Below, piece after piece: positions 39,589 through 53,759 of a stretch of DNA of 64,000 bases. Within the stretch, counting starts at the first letter, position 1, and each line of letters starts with the position of its first letter. The notes beneath the pieces were generated by a model. It was not told the DNA's origin. It was given only the letters and a program-made list of their open reading frames with translations, and did not search any database. The stretch comes from the human T2T-CHM13v2.0 reference genome, Homo sapiens: NCBI RefSeq assembly GCF_009914755.1, contig NC_060927.1; one strand, 5' to 3'. A program made the translations under genes and the position numbers.

Positions 39589-42500
39589 GTGTGGAATACT
39601 ATTCAGCCATAAAAATGAATGAATTAACAGCATTTGCAGTGACCTGGATGAGATTGGAGACTACTATTCTCAGTGAAGTAACTCAGGAATGGAAAACCAA
39701 ACACTGTATGTTCTCACTGATATGTGGGAGCTAAGCTACGACGACGGGAAGGCATAAAAATGATACCATGGACTTTGGGGACTTGTGGGGCAGGGGGTGG
39801 AGGGGAGGAGGGGGACAAGGGATGAAAACTATTTCTTTATGGTATGGTCTTATTTTAAATTTTGTAGTAGAATTGACCTCGATTTTTTTTGTTTTAAGGC
39901 TCATTAACCTTAAGTAACTGTAATTATTGGCACTTTTGCCTAATTGTTTTGTAAGCCAAACTACTTTTAGTTGAGAAATACTCTTTCTATAGACACTGAG
40001 GTACCTTGTAGGCTCATACCAAACTCTGACAATTAAAAGGTGTTATTAAATGCTATTTTTTGCATAGAACATATTTTTTTCTTTTACTGTTTTTTGGTCC
40101 TCATTCAAAGTACTTTTCTTCAAAAACTATTTTTACTATACAAGCTCATCAATTTCCTGTATTTACACTTAAAAATGTATTGCTAAATGTAGTCATGGCA
40201 AAATCATAAGCCTTTTCAATTTTATTCCATTTTGTTTAAGAATACAAATTTATTGAATTGTAAATATAAGCTCAGTCTAAAAATTTCTTTCACAAAATGA
40301 AATGTTTCAAAGTATAATAATAAAATTTAAAAATTAAATTATGAACATATTTTTATCTAATTATTTAACTTGTGTGGTAACTTTAAAAATAAATTTCAAT
40401 TTCTTTATATTTGCAAGTTTCAGTTTTAATAAATCAATTCAAAGATACTTCAAAAGCTGACATTTTGACATTTGATTCATTGAATAAATTAAGCTTCCCA
40501 TTTGGTTTTGAATACAATCAAAATTTCAAGGAGCCATTTATAAAATCTTTTAATCCTAGTGTAAAACAATTATATTTAAAAAATTCTTTTCTAAAAGTTC
40601 AAATATTTCTGAAACTGGACTTAGGACAGATAGCAAAAGAGAAAATACCTATTGCTGTACTAAAGTATGCTTTTATTTTAACATTTAATATTAGCGGTCA
40701 AAAAATGTTATCTCATTTTATATGTGTATACTCCAAATATTTGTATATTTTTATAGTCATAGCTTCTAGTTTGATTGGTTCAAATTTGAAAGTAATTATA
40801 AACTAAATGAGTACATGACTAATTCCAAATATTTTAAGCTGTTTAGGTTTCACAATATACTTAGAAGTATGTGTTCACCTTGATGTTGTGCGGTGCTAAA
40901 ATTTGCACTCTTATCACCATAAAAGTAGTAAGTTGATGTTTAATATTGAACATTTAAACAGAATATATTGTATCATGCACAGTGATACTGGAATGAACTT
41001 TTAAACTTCATTTTGATTGCATATATTAAAGAAAATTAAACATTTATTAGGATTAACAGAGTTGATTTTTTTGTTTGAATCATCTGATGACATAGATATA
41101 AAACTGTATCATTCCATTGTTCTTCAAAAGTTCTTCTACTTAAACTTGCAGCACATTAATAGCTCTCACAACCTTTTGTTAATGGTCTATTTCTCCAAAG
41201 ATAAGAGTTGAGTAAAAAGTAAGTATGTCTTGAGAGATTATGAATAGGTTGTAGCTACTTTTCTTGTTTTTATATATCTTTTTTTATAGGAAGAAAATAT
41301 ATTGTGCTTGAATAAGATTAACATACATGGTATTTAGAGAAAATTATTTTTATTTATATATGATATCGTTTTATTTGGAAGGAACTCTTGTAAAAAAGAA
41401 TGAAATGATAGTGTGGACAGAGTTATGCTGATAATTTTTAGGACTCTGCTGATGTAACTCAGTTTAGTAAGATGAAGGAGTTTCAGAATATTTATATTTC
41501 TTTGACGACAAGAATGTGGAAAGCAATGCACATATTTACATAATTCTGAAAATATGAACAGGGAAAGGTCAGTATGTGTTCTAGTTAGTTCAACCTTAAG
41601 AAACTGTTTCTTGGGAATTGGGAAGGGTATGGGTGTATAAATATGTAATGATTTGAAAGGGGAATCAGGAACTTAAAAGACAATGAATAAATGAGCACGC
41701 ATACATAAAAACTATTTGGCATTGCTAATTTGATCAGGATGATTTTTAAAATTGTCTCACAACTTTTTCACATCACTTGTTCTACTCACTAGCCATTGGG
41801 AGAAGCAGCACTACTGGTCCAAAGAGGAGTTCTTTCCCTTAATTGCCCTTTCAGAATTGATTTGGATTTTGGAAATCATAGCAGCCTGCTGTTTTTATTA
41901 TTCATCTTGGCTTATTGTCACTGGCAGCTTCTTTGACTTTTATGATTACATTTTTAAAAAATGCATAAAAATATTATAAAAAAATGAAAACAAGAAAAAT
42001 AGAATTACCCAGAACATGACTCACATCATACTTTTAATATTTTGTATAGCCTTTTATAGTATTTGTCCCCTCTACATAAATGTATATGAATATATTTGGA
42101 GTTATGCCCATTGTTCTATAGCCTAATTTCTACATTTAAATGTTTCTAGAAGTCTTCGTGTTCTTCAATACATTTGCAAAAATGTATTGAAAACCTTAAT
42201 GACTTAAGTTTTCCATAAGATGAATGTGCTATTATAATTTAACCAATAACTTACTGATTAACGTTATTGGTGAACATTGATGATATTTTTAAGTTTTACT
42301 CTTGTAATTAAGCTCACACTAGGTAGATTTGTGATATTTAGATATATTAAATATCTAACTAGTAGAATAAACATATATACTTATGCATGTATATATGTGT
42401 GTATATTCTAGCATTTAGTATATATGCGTGTTCTAGAATTAGATATTTAATTTGTGATTATTTATCCTTGTGTATTACTTTTTACTCGTCTTTTTTTTAC

Positions 42501-42699
42501 AAAAATTTTTTCTAGTACAGGTTTTGCCTTTTTATTTTATGCAATTCATATGACACTAAATAATCACTTTAAAAAAATAGAAAAATATTTGTCATATTTA
42601 TACTTAAATAAGAAACACCTAGCTGAGAAAGAGTGGTGAAAATATGAGAGAGGAAGGTTCATAGTTCCAGATAAGTGAAAGGGAGATTCTTTTTTTTTT

Positions 42700-43100
42700 A
42701 GTAAAGGGAAAAGAAAGCTAGAACAGCAACTAAACAACATGAAAGTTTGCATTTCCTCCACAAAATCTGGTGGAATATCTTCTCTTTATCGAAGATCCAA
42801 ATGCTTTTATGTTTGTGCTGCTATACTAACATTTGTCTTCTATCCTTAACTACGTATCATGATATATGGTAGCTTTTGATGCTTCAACATTCATTATCTC
42901 ATCTAGGCCCAGAAGGATATAAAGGATAAGAAGGATATAAAGAGTGATATTTCAGCTGATTCCATTCCTTCGCAATAGGTTTTCTAGATTTCCTATCATA
43001 GCTTTTTTTAAATTTTATCTCTCTAGCTAGAACTTACTCAAATACGCATGTGAAGCAACCAGTGAAACCAGGCAATGCAATCATTTTACTGGGTGTGGAT
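42700..43100 (-). mobile_element. Old MLT1 (J/K-like) LTR remnant
   Basis: TCTCTCTAGCTAGAACTTACTCA...GGCAATGCAATCATTTTACTGGG resembles old MLT1 text. Confidence 0.45.
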
Positions 43101-44219
43101 TTTGTGTCCTTTTTGTACTTTAAGAAGTATGGTCTGAGCAGTTAAATTTTCTGTTTGTTTGCTTTGATAAGAGATATCAATAATTTCATAATTTTATTAA
43201 ATATCATTGTGTTTCTCTTTCAATATAGTTGTTTTGGCTTTTTTAAAGTTTTCATTGTTATTGTAATTATTATTCATTGTTCCCATAGTCTAGGATATGT
43301 TTAATTTTTACTTTTATTTTTCAGTTGAATGCTATTTGCTTTTTTCCTCATCAGTATTGTAAAGAGATTTATTGAAACAGGAAATCCTATATCGATGAAA
43401 CAATGTATAAAAATGTTCTAAAACTTATGAAAACTATTAAAATTAAAACTAGATAATTAAAGTTTTCTGAGATATACTACAGCAGGAAGAATCATCATTA
43501 GCAGAGCATCATGGTAAGAATGTTAATGTAAAAATAATGAGAACAAATAAAAATACAGATGTACATCAAAAATAAAAATAACTGAAAATAATTACTATAT
43601 AGGCATCTTCTATAGCCAGCTAAATCCTGCAGAAGTCCTATGCACATCCCCCTCAAATATACATATGGAGCAACCAGTGAAACTGGGCAATGCCATCATT
43701 TCACTTGGTGTATTGTCACCAACAAAGGACCACTCAAGGAATGGCTGATTCAGTAGTTGTGACCTTTGCCCACCCTGTTCATAATCTACCCCATCATGCT
43801 CAATAGGAAGCACACAGTGGAGGTTGGCTCTGCTGGGTGGACAAGTGGTGCATGGCACCTTCCACAACTTGTACCTGCCAGCTATTTAGACCAGGTACCA
43901 AACTGCTAATAGAGGTAGGCATTTTACCCATAATCCACACCATAAAGAGCCACCAACAGCAAGTCTACAGTGGTCATGCCATTGCTCCATTCTAGTGTAC
44001 TCAGACACTAGAGCGTTTCAGATCCTTTAGAATCTGCTTCTTGGTGACTGAGTACACTAGATCACACCAGTGAAATCCAAGGCAACCACCTGCACAACTC
44101 TCCCCATTTTGTTAGTGGGCAACAAAAGCCTAAGCAGGTACTCAGGAATGGAGTATTTTTTAATTAAAAAAATAACAAAACTCAGTATTTGGAATAAACA
44201 CTAAACTTGTTTCAGTAAA

Positions 44220-45877
<1,658 letters not shown>

Positions 45878-46639
45878 GAATGAGGCCAAAAAAAAAGAAA
45901 AAAAAGAAAGAAAAAGAAAAAGCAAAAAAAGAAAGAAAGAAGAGGCTAAATTGGATTGTGATAAGCAGGAGCAGTGGTATCAACCACTCCTTTTCTATAT
46001 AAACCTTGTATATTGTGTTTCAATCCTTGAAGACCCTATTTTATTTTACATTGGACCTTATTAAATATTTTAGTGGTGGTTCGGAGAGATGGAAAAGTCT
46101 ACATGGTCCCATTTTAAAGCCAATTTGTAAGTGCCAAAAACTTAGTTTTAATTTATTACCCACTGGATCAGAGCATCCATGTCCACTATGGGATTTTTAG
46201 GGCAATGGGTACTATAATCATGGGGAATTTAGGCAAGGCAATTTTTTTGATAGTTAAAGTGGGGCATAACTGTTTGTCCTCTATTTTTATGTTCAGTAAC
46301 TCCCTGAACATTATAGGGGGTGTGTTGTTTAAATTTAGAAGGATCCCCAGGTATTACTGTAATTTGAACCCAAGTATTGATTGAATCTATGAAGGTTTGC
46401 CAATTGGTGTGTTTTAGCAGATATTAAAGTTAATCCATAAGCTATGTTGTAGAGGTGCAAAAGAAATTCAGTGCACATTTATGTTTCTGTTTCATAAATT
46501 CTTTAAGTAAATTTTGAATTTCCAGTTGGGTCAAATTGTAGACTTCCATTTCAGTATTATGATCCCTCCCTTGTATCCAGATTCCTTCCTTCCTTCCTTC
46601 ATTCCATCATCCTTCCTGTCTTTCTGTCTTTTCTTTGTG

Positions 46640-46671
<32 letters not shown>

Positions 46672-46704
46672 ATTACTGAATATGCTTTGGGGAGGTTCTC
46701 CCAG

Positions 46705-47943
46705 CAAAGACACTGGCAGCATTTTGGCTCTGACCTAAAGATCTGTGGAATGTTGAACTTGAGAGAGACTATCTGAAATTGGAATGGAACTTATGTTTAA
46801 AAGGGAAGCAGAGCCTAAGTTTGGAAAATTTGCAGCCTGATGATGTGATAGAAAAGAAAAACCCATTTTCTGGGGAGAAATTCAAGCTGACTGCAGAAAT
46901 TTGCATAAATAAAGAGGAGCCAAATGTTAATCACCAAGAAAATGGGAAAAATGTCTCCAGGGCATGACAGAGATCTTTATGGCAGCCCCTCCTATCACAG
47001 GCCTGGAGGCCTAGGAGGGAAAAATTGCTTTGTGGGCCAGGTTCAGGCACCTCCTTGTCTGTGCACCCTCAGGACATGGTACCCTGCATCCCAGCCACTT
47101 CAGCTCCAGTGGTGGCTAAAAGGGGCCAAGGTACAGCTTAGGCCATTGCTTTGGAGGGTGCAAGTCCCTATCCTTGATGGCTTCCACTTCGTGTTGGGCC
47201 TACAGGTATACAGAAGTCAAAAATTGAGGTTTGGGAACCTCCACCTAGATTTCAGAGGATCTATGGAAATGCCTGGATGTACAAGCAGAAGTTGGCTGCA
47301 AGGGTGGAGCCCTCATGGAGAACCTCTGTTAGGGCAATGTGGAAGGAAAATGTGGGGTTGGAGCCCCCACACAGAGTCCCCACTAGGGCACTGCCTAGTG
47401 GAGCTGTGAGAAGAGTGCCACCATCCTCCAGACCCCAGAATGGTAGATCCACTGACAGCTTGCACAGTGTGCCTGGAGAAGCCACAGACACTCAACACCA
47501 GCCTGTGAAAGCAGCTGGGAGTGAGGCTGTACCCTGCAAAGCCACAGGGGCAGAGCTGCCCAAGACCATGGGAGCCCACCTCTTGCATCAGCATGCCCCG
47601 GATGTGAGACATGGAGTCAAAGGGATCATTTCAGAGCTTTAAGATTTAATGACTTCCCCACTGGATTTTGGTCTTGCATGGGGCCTGTATCCCCTTTGTT
47701 TTGGCCAATGTCTCCCATTTGGAATGGAAGCATTTATCCAATGACTGTATTTTTGAAGTAACTAACTTGCTTTTGTTTTTATAGGCTCCTAGGTAGAAGG
47801 GATTTACCTTGTCTCAGATGAGACTTTGGACTTGGACTTTTCAGTTAACGGTGAAATGAGTTAAGACTTTGGGGGACTGTTGGGAAGGCATGATTGGTTT
47901 TGAAATGTGAGGACATGAGATTTAGCAGGGGCCAGGGGTGGAA
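46705..47943 (+). mobile_element. THE1/MST internal region lacking its 5' part and 5' LTR
   Basis: Homologous to the internal region at 29719-31240 (PPHRVP...LPSGA peptide on both). Confidence 0.92.
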
Positions 47944-48262
47944 TGTTATGGTTAGGCTTTGTGTCCCACCCAAATCTCATCTTGAATTGTAATCCCCATA
48001 ATCCCCATGTATTGAGGGAGAGACTTGGAGGGAGGTGATTGGATCATGAGGGCAGTGTCCTTCATGCTGTTCTCTTGATAGTGAGTGAGTTATCATGAGA
48101 TCTGATGGTTTTATAAGTATCTGACAGTTTCTCTATCACACACTCACTCTCTCTCACCTGCTGCCATGTAAGACATGCCTCTTCCCCTTCTGCCATGATT
48201 GCAGGTTTCCTGAGGCCTCCCTAGCCATGTGGAACTGTGAGTCAATTAAACCTCTTTTCTTT
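47944..48262 (+). mobile_element. THE1D/MSTA-like LTR truncated at its polyadenylation site
   Basis: TGTTATGGTTAGGC...GTGAGTCAATTAAACCTCTTTTCTTT then poly(A); lacks the terminal ~55 bp seen in the intact LTR at 31241-31599. Confidence 0.92.
48245..48250 (+). terminator. ATTAAA polyadenylation signal of the MaLR LTR
   Basis: A-run begins at 48263, 12 nt after the hexamer. Confidence 0.85.
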
Positions 48263-48282
48263 AAAAAAAAAAACCGAAAGCC

Positions 48283-48750
48283 ACAAAGGATAAAAAATAA
48301 TGTCTGAAATTATATCTAAAGTGGAGGATGTACAAGTCATTTTTATTGCAAAGAAACAAATTAGCCTTACCTTAGACTTCTACAGGCCAAATTATATCTG
48401 CACAATTTTGTGGCCTACTAAAGAACTACAAACTATCAGCAGATTGCTTTTAATTTGAACAATATTTGTAGGAGACAATAGATTAATGTCTTCAAAGTGA
48501 TGAGGAAAAAATAAATGACAATGTATGATTATATGCCTGGCTAAATTATCATTCAAAAAAGAGAGAAATAGAGATGTCGAGGGAATATAACAATAATACA
48601 ATTTGCTACTCACTACTTATAGAAACTAACTTTGCTACTTATAAATTCTCTCCGATAAAAAAAATTACTAACTTATGTAACTTTCAAGATGAATTTCCTA
48701 AGGGAAAGAGGTGGTTGCATGAAACAATGATGAAAACAAAAATATTGTTT
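48283..48750 (+). mobile_element. Old L1M/HAL1-like ORF1 remnant (right part)
   Basis: TTAGACTTCT...AATGTCTTCAAAGTGATGAGG...GCTAAATTATCATTCAA resembles the ORF1 C-terminal region. Confidence 0.6.
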
Positions 48751-48775
48751 TAAATTTAATTAAATATCAGCAGTA

Positions 48776-49087
48776 CAGTTTTCCCTGGACCACCGCAGAT
48801 TAAAAATCCACAGATGCTCAAGGCCCTTCTATAACATGGCATAGTATTTGAGTATGAACTACTCACATCCTTTCATATAATTGAAATCATCTCTAGATTA
48901 TAATACCTAACACAACATAAATACTGTATAAATAGGTGTTATACTGTATTGTTCAGGGAATAATGACAAGAAAAAAGTCTGTACATATTCAGGACAGACT
49001 CAACCATCCATTTTTTTTCTCAAATATCTTTCATCTGCCATTGGTTGAATTCATGACATGATGTCCAGGAATATGGAGGACCAACTG
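48776..49087. mobile_element. MER2-like TcMar-Tigger element
   Basis: CAGTT...AACTG termini; AAAATCCACAGATGCTCAAG; ATCATCTCTAGATTA; GGGAATAATGACAAGAAAAAAGTCTGTACAT. Confidence 0.85.
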
Positions 49088-49358
49088 CTACATAATATTT
49101 ATTACCACTGATAATGCAAACTGCTATTTCTTACTAAAAATGTTAGAAGTAAAATTCTAAAATACATAAACAAAGAAGATGGAAAGCAATATTCAGTCTG
49201 GTTAGAGTGCACCCTAATTCAAAGAAAATATTGAATAATGAAAGAATTTGGGAAATTTTATAGACAGTACAAGTATGTAAGATTTTATGTAACCAGTAGG
49301 ATAATAAATATGAAATCTATGTGTCCTCCACAACATCATCATAATAAAGAAAATAAAA

Positions 49359-49487
49359 CCCATTTATGCCCAGTGTTCCACTATTGGAATGCTAAGCATG
49401 TGAGAGTTACTTATATCCTACTGCTCAAGGTCATCACCAGGGTCTGATTTTGCAATTCAAATAATTGCAAACTCAGTCATAAATGGG
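49359..49487 (+). mobile_element. MER85 piggyBac MITE
   Basis: TIRs CCCATTTATG / CATAAATGGG, right flank TTAA, internal GTTCCACTATTGGAAT palindrome and CTGCTCAAGGTCAT. Confidence 0.92.
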
Positions 49488-49683
49488 TTAAACAGTATGG
49501 AAGCACAAAGAAAAAACATTAAAAACCCTAATTATTCAAATATAAGGGCACTAAATTGTCCTTTTAAAATCAAGGAATGTCTGATAAGACACAAGAAAAA
49601 ATAAAAGTATTTTCTTATAAATTTACAAGTCAGAGAATGTTTGAAACTAAAAGTCTTAAAAATTATATCAGATAATGATATTA

Positions 49684-50741
49684 GAATCATGTACCTCATA
49701 ACAACATTTTGGTCAATGAGGAATCACATAGTTGATGGTGGTCCCATAAGCATGTAATCAGCTAAAAAAATGCCTATCGCCAGTATTTACTATACTATAA
49801 TTATTATCATTATTTTACAGTGTACTATTTTTACTTAAATGTTAAAATGTTAACTGTAAAACAACCTCAGGCAGGTCCTTCAGATATTTCAGAAGGCATT
49901 GTTATCATAGGGGTTGATAGCTCCATTCCTGTTATTGCCCCTGAAGAACTTGTAGTGGGACAAGATATGGTGGTAGAAGATGGTGATATTGATGATACTT
50001 GACCCTGTGTAGGCCTAGGCTAATGTGTGTGTTTGTGTCTTAGTTTTCAGCAAGCTTGTGTGTTGATGTCTTAGTTTATAACAAACTTTAAAAAGTGAAA
50101 AATAAGTAAATAAAATTTTAAATAGAAAAGAGCTTATAGAATAAGGAAATACAAAAGGCAATATTTAGTAAACCTGTATAGCATGTTTGTATTTTTACCT
50201 AAGTCCTATTACAAAAGTCAGTAGTTTTTAACAAATTAAAAATTTATGAAGTAAAAAGTTAGGGTAAGTTAAGGTTAATTCATGATTAAAGAAAGAAATG
50301 TTCTAATAAATTTAGGATAGCCTAAGTGTGCCATGTTTGTAAAATCTAGAGTATCCTAGGACTTCATATTCACTCACCACTCACTCACTGTATCATCCAG
50401 AGCAACTTCCAGCCTTCCAAGCTCCATTCCTGGTAAATCCCCTGTAAAGGCATACCAATTTTATTTTTGATATCACATATTTACTGTACCTTTTTTATGT
50501 TTAAATATGTTTAGATTCACAAATACCATTGTTTTACAAATGCCTACACTATTGTGTACAGCAACATGCTATACTGATTTGTAGCCTAGGAGCAATAGGC
50601 TATACCACATAGCCTAGTTGTGTAATAGGTTATATCATCTAGTATTGTGTTAAGTACACTCTGAGATGCTAGCACAATGACAAAATTGCTTAATGGTGCA
50701 TTTCTCAGCATGCATCACAATTGTTAAATGACATGTAACTG
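49684..50741. mobile_element. Tigger3 (Golem) deletion derivative
   Basis: CATAACAACATTTTGGTCAATGA...GGTGGTCCCATAAG at one end and GCATTTCTCAG...GTTAAATGACATGTAACTG+TA at the other. Confidence 0.85.
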
Positions 50742-50944
50742 TAATTTGGAAGTTGTATCCATATTCATTTCAGACTGCTTAGAATTTTTAAACAAAAGCA
50801 TGAATAGGAATAAATTTTTAAAGTAACAAGATAAAAATCTTAATTAACCAAAGTGATAAACCTCTTGAGAGGTACTTATTTTATAGCCTTACATTTATAA
50901 AGCCAAAAGTTACATAATTACAGGAAATTTCAAAGTTAGATCTG

Positions 50945-52559
50945 AGCTAACAGAGTCTGGTTCATGAGGTTTAACAAAAGAAGCCAACTCCATAACATAA
51001 AAGTGCAAGGTGAAGCAACAAGTGCTAACATAGAAGCTGTAACAAGTTATCCAGAAGCTCTAGCAAAGATAATTGATTAAAGTGGCTACACTAAACAGCA
51101 CACTTTAATGCAGATGAAATAGCATTATATTGGAAACCTTTGCCATCTAAGATTTTCATAGCTAAAGAGGAGAAGTCAATGCCTGGATTCAAGGCTTCAA
51201 AGAAGAGTCTGACTCTCTCATGTCAGGGGCCAATGGAGCTGAAGACTTTAGGCTTAAGTCAATGCTCACTCACCATTCTGAAAATCCTTGGGCCCTAAAG
51301 AATCATGTGAAATCTACTCTGTTTGTGCTCCATAAATGGAACCACAAAGCCTGGATGACAGAACATCTGTTCACAGCAAGTTTTACTGAATAATGTAAAC
51401 CCACTGTTGAGACTTACTGCTCAGAAGAAAAAAAAAAAGATTATTATCAAAATATTACTGCTCATTGACAATTCTCCTAGACACGTAAGAGCTCCAACAG
51501 AGATGTACTGTACACCTAAGAGCTCTACTGTACAAGGAGATTGATGCTGTTTTCATGCCTGCTAACACAACATTCATTCAGTAGCACGTGATTAAGGAGT
51601 ATATTCAATACAACTTCAAGTTTTATTATTTAAGATGTACATTTCATAAGGCTATAGCTATTATAAATACTATATTCCTCTGATGGACCTGGGAAAAGTA
51701 CATTTAAAATCTTCTGGAAAGGGTTTAGTATTCTAGATGTTACTAAACATTTGTGATTCATGGGAGGTGGTCAAAATATCAACCTTAACAGGAGTTAGGA
51801 AGAAGTTGATTATCACTCTCATGGGTGACTACGAGGGCCTCAAGCCTTCAGGAGAGACAGTAATTGCAGAGGTGATAAAAATAGCAAGAGAACTCAAATT
51901 AGAAGTAGAGCCTGAAGATGTTACTGACTGGCTGCACTCTCATGATGAAATTTTAACAGATGAGGAGTTCCTTTTATAGATGAACAAATAAAGTGGTCAC
52001 TTGAGTGGAATCTACTCCTGGTAAAGATGTTGTGAACATTGCTGAAATGACAACAAAAGATTTAGAGTATTCCATAAACATAATTGATAAACAGCTGCTG
52101 GGTTAGAGAGGACTGATTCTAATTTTGAAAGAAGTTCTACTCTGAGTAAAATGCTATCGAACAGCATCACATGCCACAAAAGAAAAATTGTTTTGTAAGA
52201 GGAAAAGTCAGTTGATATAGCAAACTTGATTGCTGTCTTATTCTTAAGAAACTTCCCTAGCCACCTCAGTGATCAGTAGCCATCAATGTGTAAGCAACTC
52301 TCCAACAGCAAGAAGATTATGGCTCACTAAAGGCTGAGATGATTATTAGTAATTTTAATTAATAAAATATTTTTAGTTAAAATAGGTGCATTGCATTGTT
52401 AGACATAATGCTATTGCACACTTAATAGACCACAGTTGTATAAACATAACTTCCACATGCACTGAGAAACCAAAATATTTGTGTGACTCACTTTGTTGCA
52501 ACATTTGCTTTACTGTGGTGGTCTGAAACTGACCTAGCAATGTCTCCAAGGTATGCCTA
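50945..52559 (+). mobile_element. Tigger1, 5'-truncated, decayed transposase
   Basis: TGGTTCATGAGGTTTAA...AATGCAGATGAAA...; peptide IARELKLEVEPEDVT; terminal TCTCCAAGGTATGCCT. Confidence 0.92.
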
Positions 52560-53153
52560 TATAGAACAATATTTATATTTCAGTATTGCTTGTATTGTCC
52601 TCAGTCAAGTTGTCATCACTGCCATCCTTTCTAAGATTTCCTTTACATCCCAGAGAGGAAAACAGAAACTTTCAATTCCCAGAATATATTTCTACAGTTT
52701 CTCTAGCTCCTAGGTAGAGCCTGCTAATAAAAGGCCATTATAGTCCTGAGCATTTTCAGAAAGAGAGCAGATGGAATATGCGCTAGGTAAACTTCCTGAG
52801 CATTACTTGATTCTGTTTTACAGGATGAGTCCTTCTGTGAAACCTTCTCTTCCCTTCTCTTCAAAAGCACTTCCAGCACATGTTTCTAATCCCTGCCTTT
52901 AAACACTATATACATTCAGTGCATTGTGTGGATTCTGCTTTCTTGAGAAAAGACTAGTGAAAAACTAGTGAAAATCAGAAAAGTGAGAAAATCAGAAAAA
53001 ATAAGAAAAACATCAAATTATACTATTTTAACACATCATCCATTTTGAGTTTTTGTCTTCCACTTTCTTATTAGTCCATATATCATTTTACACAGGTGTA
53101 ACCATCGTTTTAAATATAGATATTCTATTGATATCTTCATTTGTATGTAATAC

Positions 53154-53759
53154 TGATACCGACAGGAGATAGGGTAATACTGGGTAGAAGAGGGCTGTTT
53201 CCTGGCAAAGTCCCCATCCTCAAGTCTGAAGACCTGCGGCCCTAAGTGAGAACAGCATTTTTGGCTGTGCACCCAAAAAGTTGCCTTTTGGCCTGCCAGG
53301 CCCCCCATCCTGCTCCTATATAAACCGAAGACCTTAGCGGGCACATACACAAGCGGCTGAACACCAAGAGGAACAGAAGAGAGCAGCGGTGGAGAGAGGT
53401 GCGGAGGCACTGCAGAGAAAGAGGGAAGAGGCTTCTGAACATTGGCCAAGAACAGCCAGACCTCAGGGGAAGATGACCTTCCCTCTCTGTCCCCTCATCC
53501 TCCTGGATCCCCATGCATCTCACTGAGACACCTCCACCACTCAATAAAAACTTGCACTCATCCCAAGAGCCCATGTGTGACTCGATTCACCCCTAGATGC
53601 TGCCGTGGGGCAGCCGGAGCCCAAAAGTGCTCCCCAGGGCCTCTGCACCTGCCTCTCTGCATTCTCCCCCTACGGGATTGAGCAGCAGGTAGACCAAAGG
53701 AGCAAGCCACACCCCTGTTGCAAGTCCTTCAAGGAGGATAAGGGAACTTTCCCGTTTCA
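53154..53759 (+). mobile_element. Solo LTR, LTR1/MER52 group (shorter copy)
   Basis: TGATACCGACAGGAGATAGGGTAATACTGGGTAGAAGAGGG...CCCGTTTCA; TATATAAA box and AATAAA present; TSD imperfect. Confidence 0.88.

Larger units (their letters stand above)
38328..39831 (+). mobile_element. L1PB1-like ORF2 end and 3'UTR, inverted segment, interrupted by an Alu
   Basis: GCTGGGATAATTGGCTAGCCACATGTAGGAG...GTAACTCAGGAATGGAAAACCAAAC...GGGATGAAAACTA. Confidence 0.9.
45878..48269 (+). other. L1 3'-transduced segment (~2.4 kb) ending in poly(A)
   Basis: TSD AAAACCGAAAGCC lies at 44482-44494 and 48270-48282, not after the L1's own tail. Confidence 0.92.

Noticed and set aside
39777-39821. G-quadruplex-like runs (also near 45696-45728)
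   Set aside because: Standard G-rich tract of L1 3'UTRs.
40411-40806. 131-aa ORF in non-repeat DNA
   Set aside because: TTG start, F/I/K/L/N-rich composition typical of AT-rich chance ORFs, no recognisable domain.
46924-47642. Overlapping 161-aa and 121-aa ORFs
   Set aside because: Ordinary stop-poor THE1/MST internal sequence; same peptides at 30074-30400.
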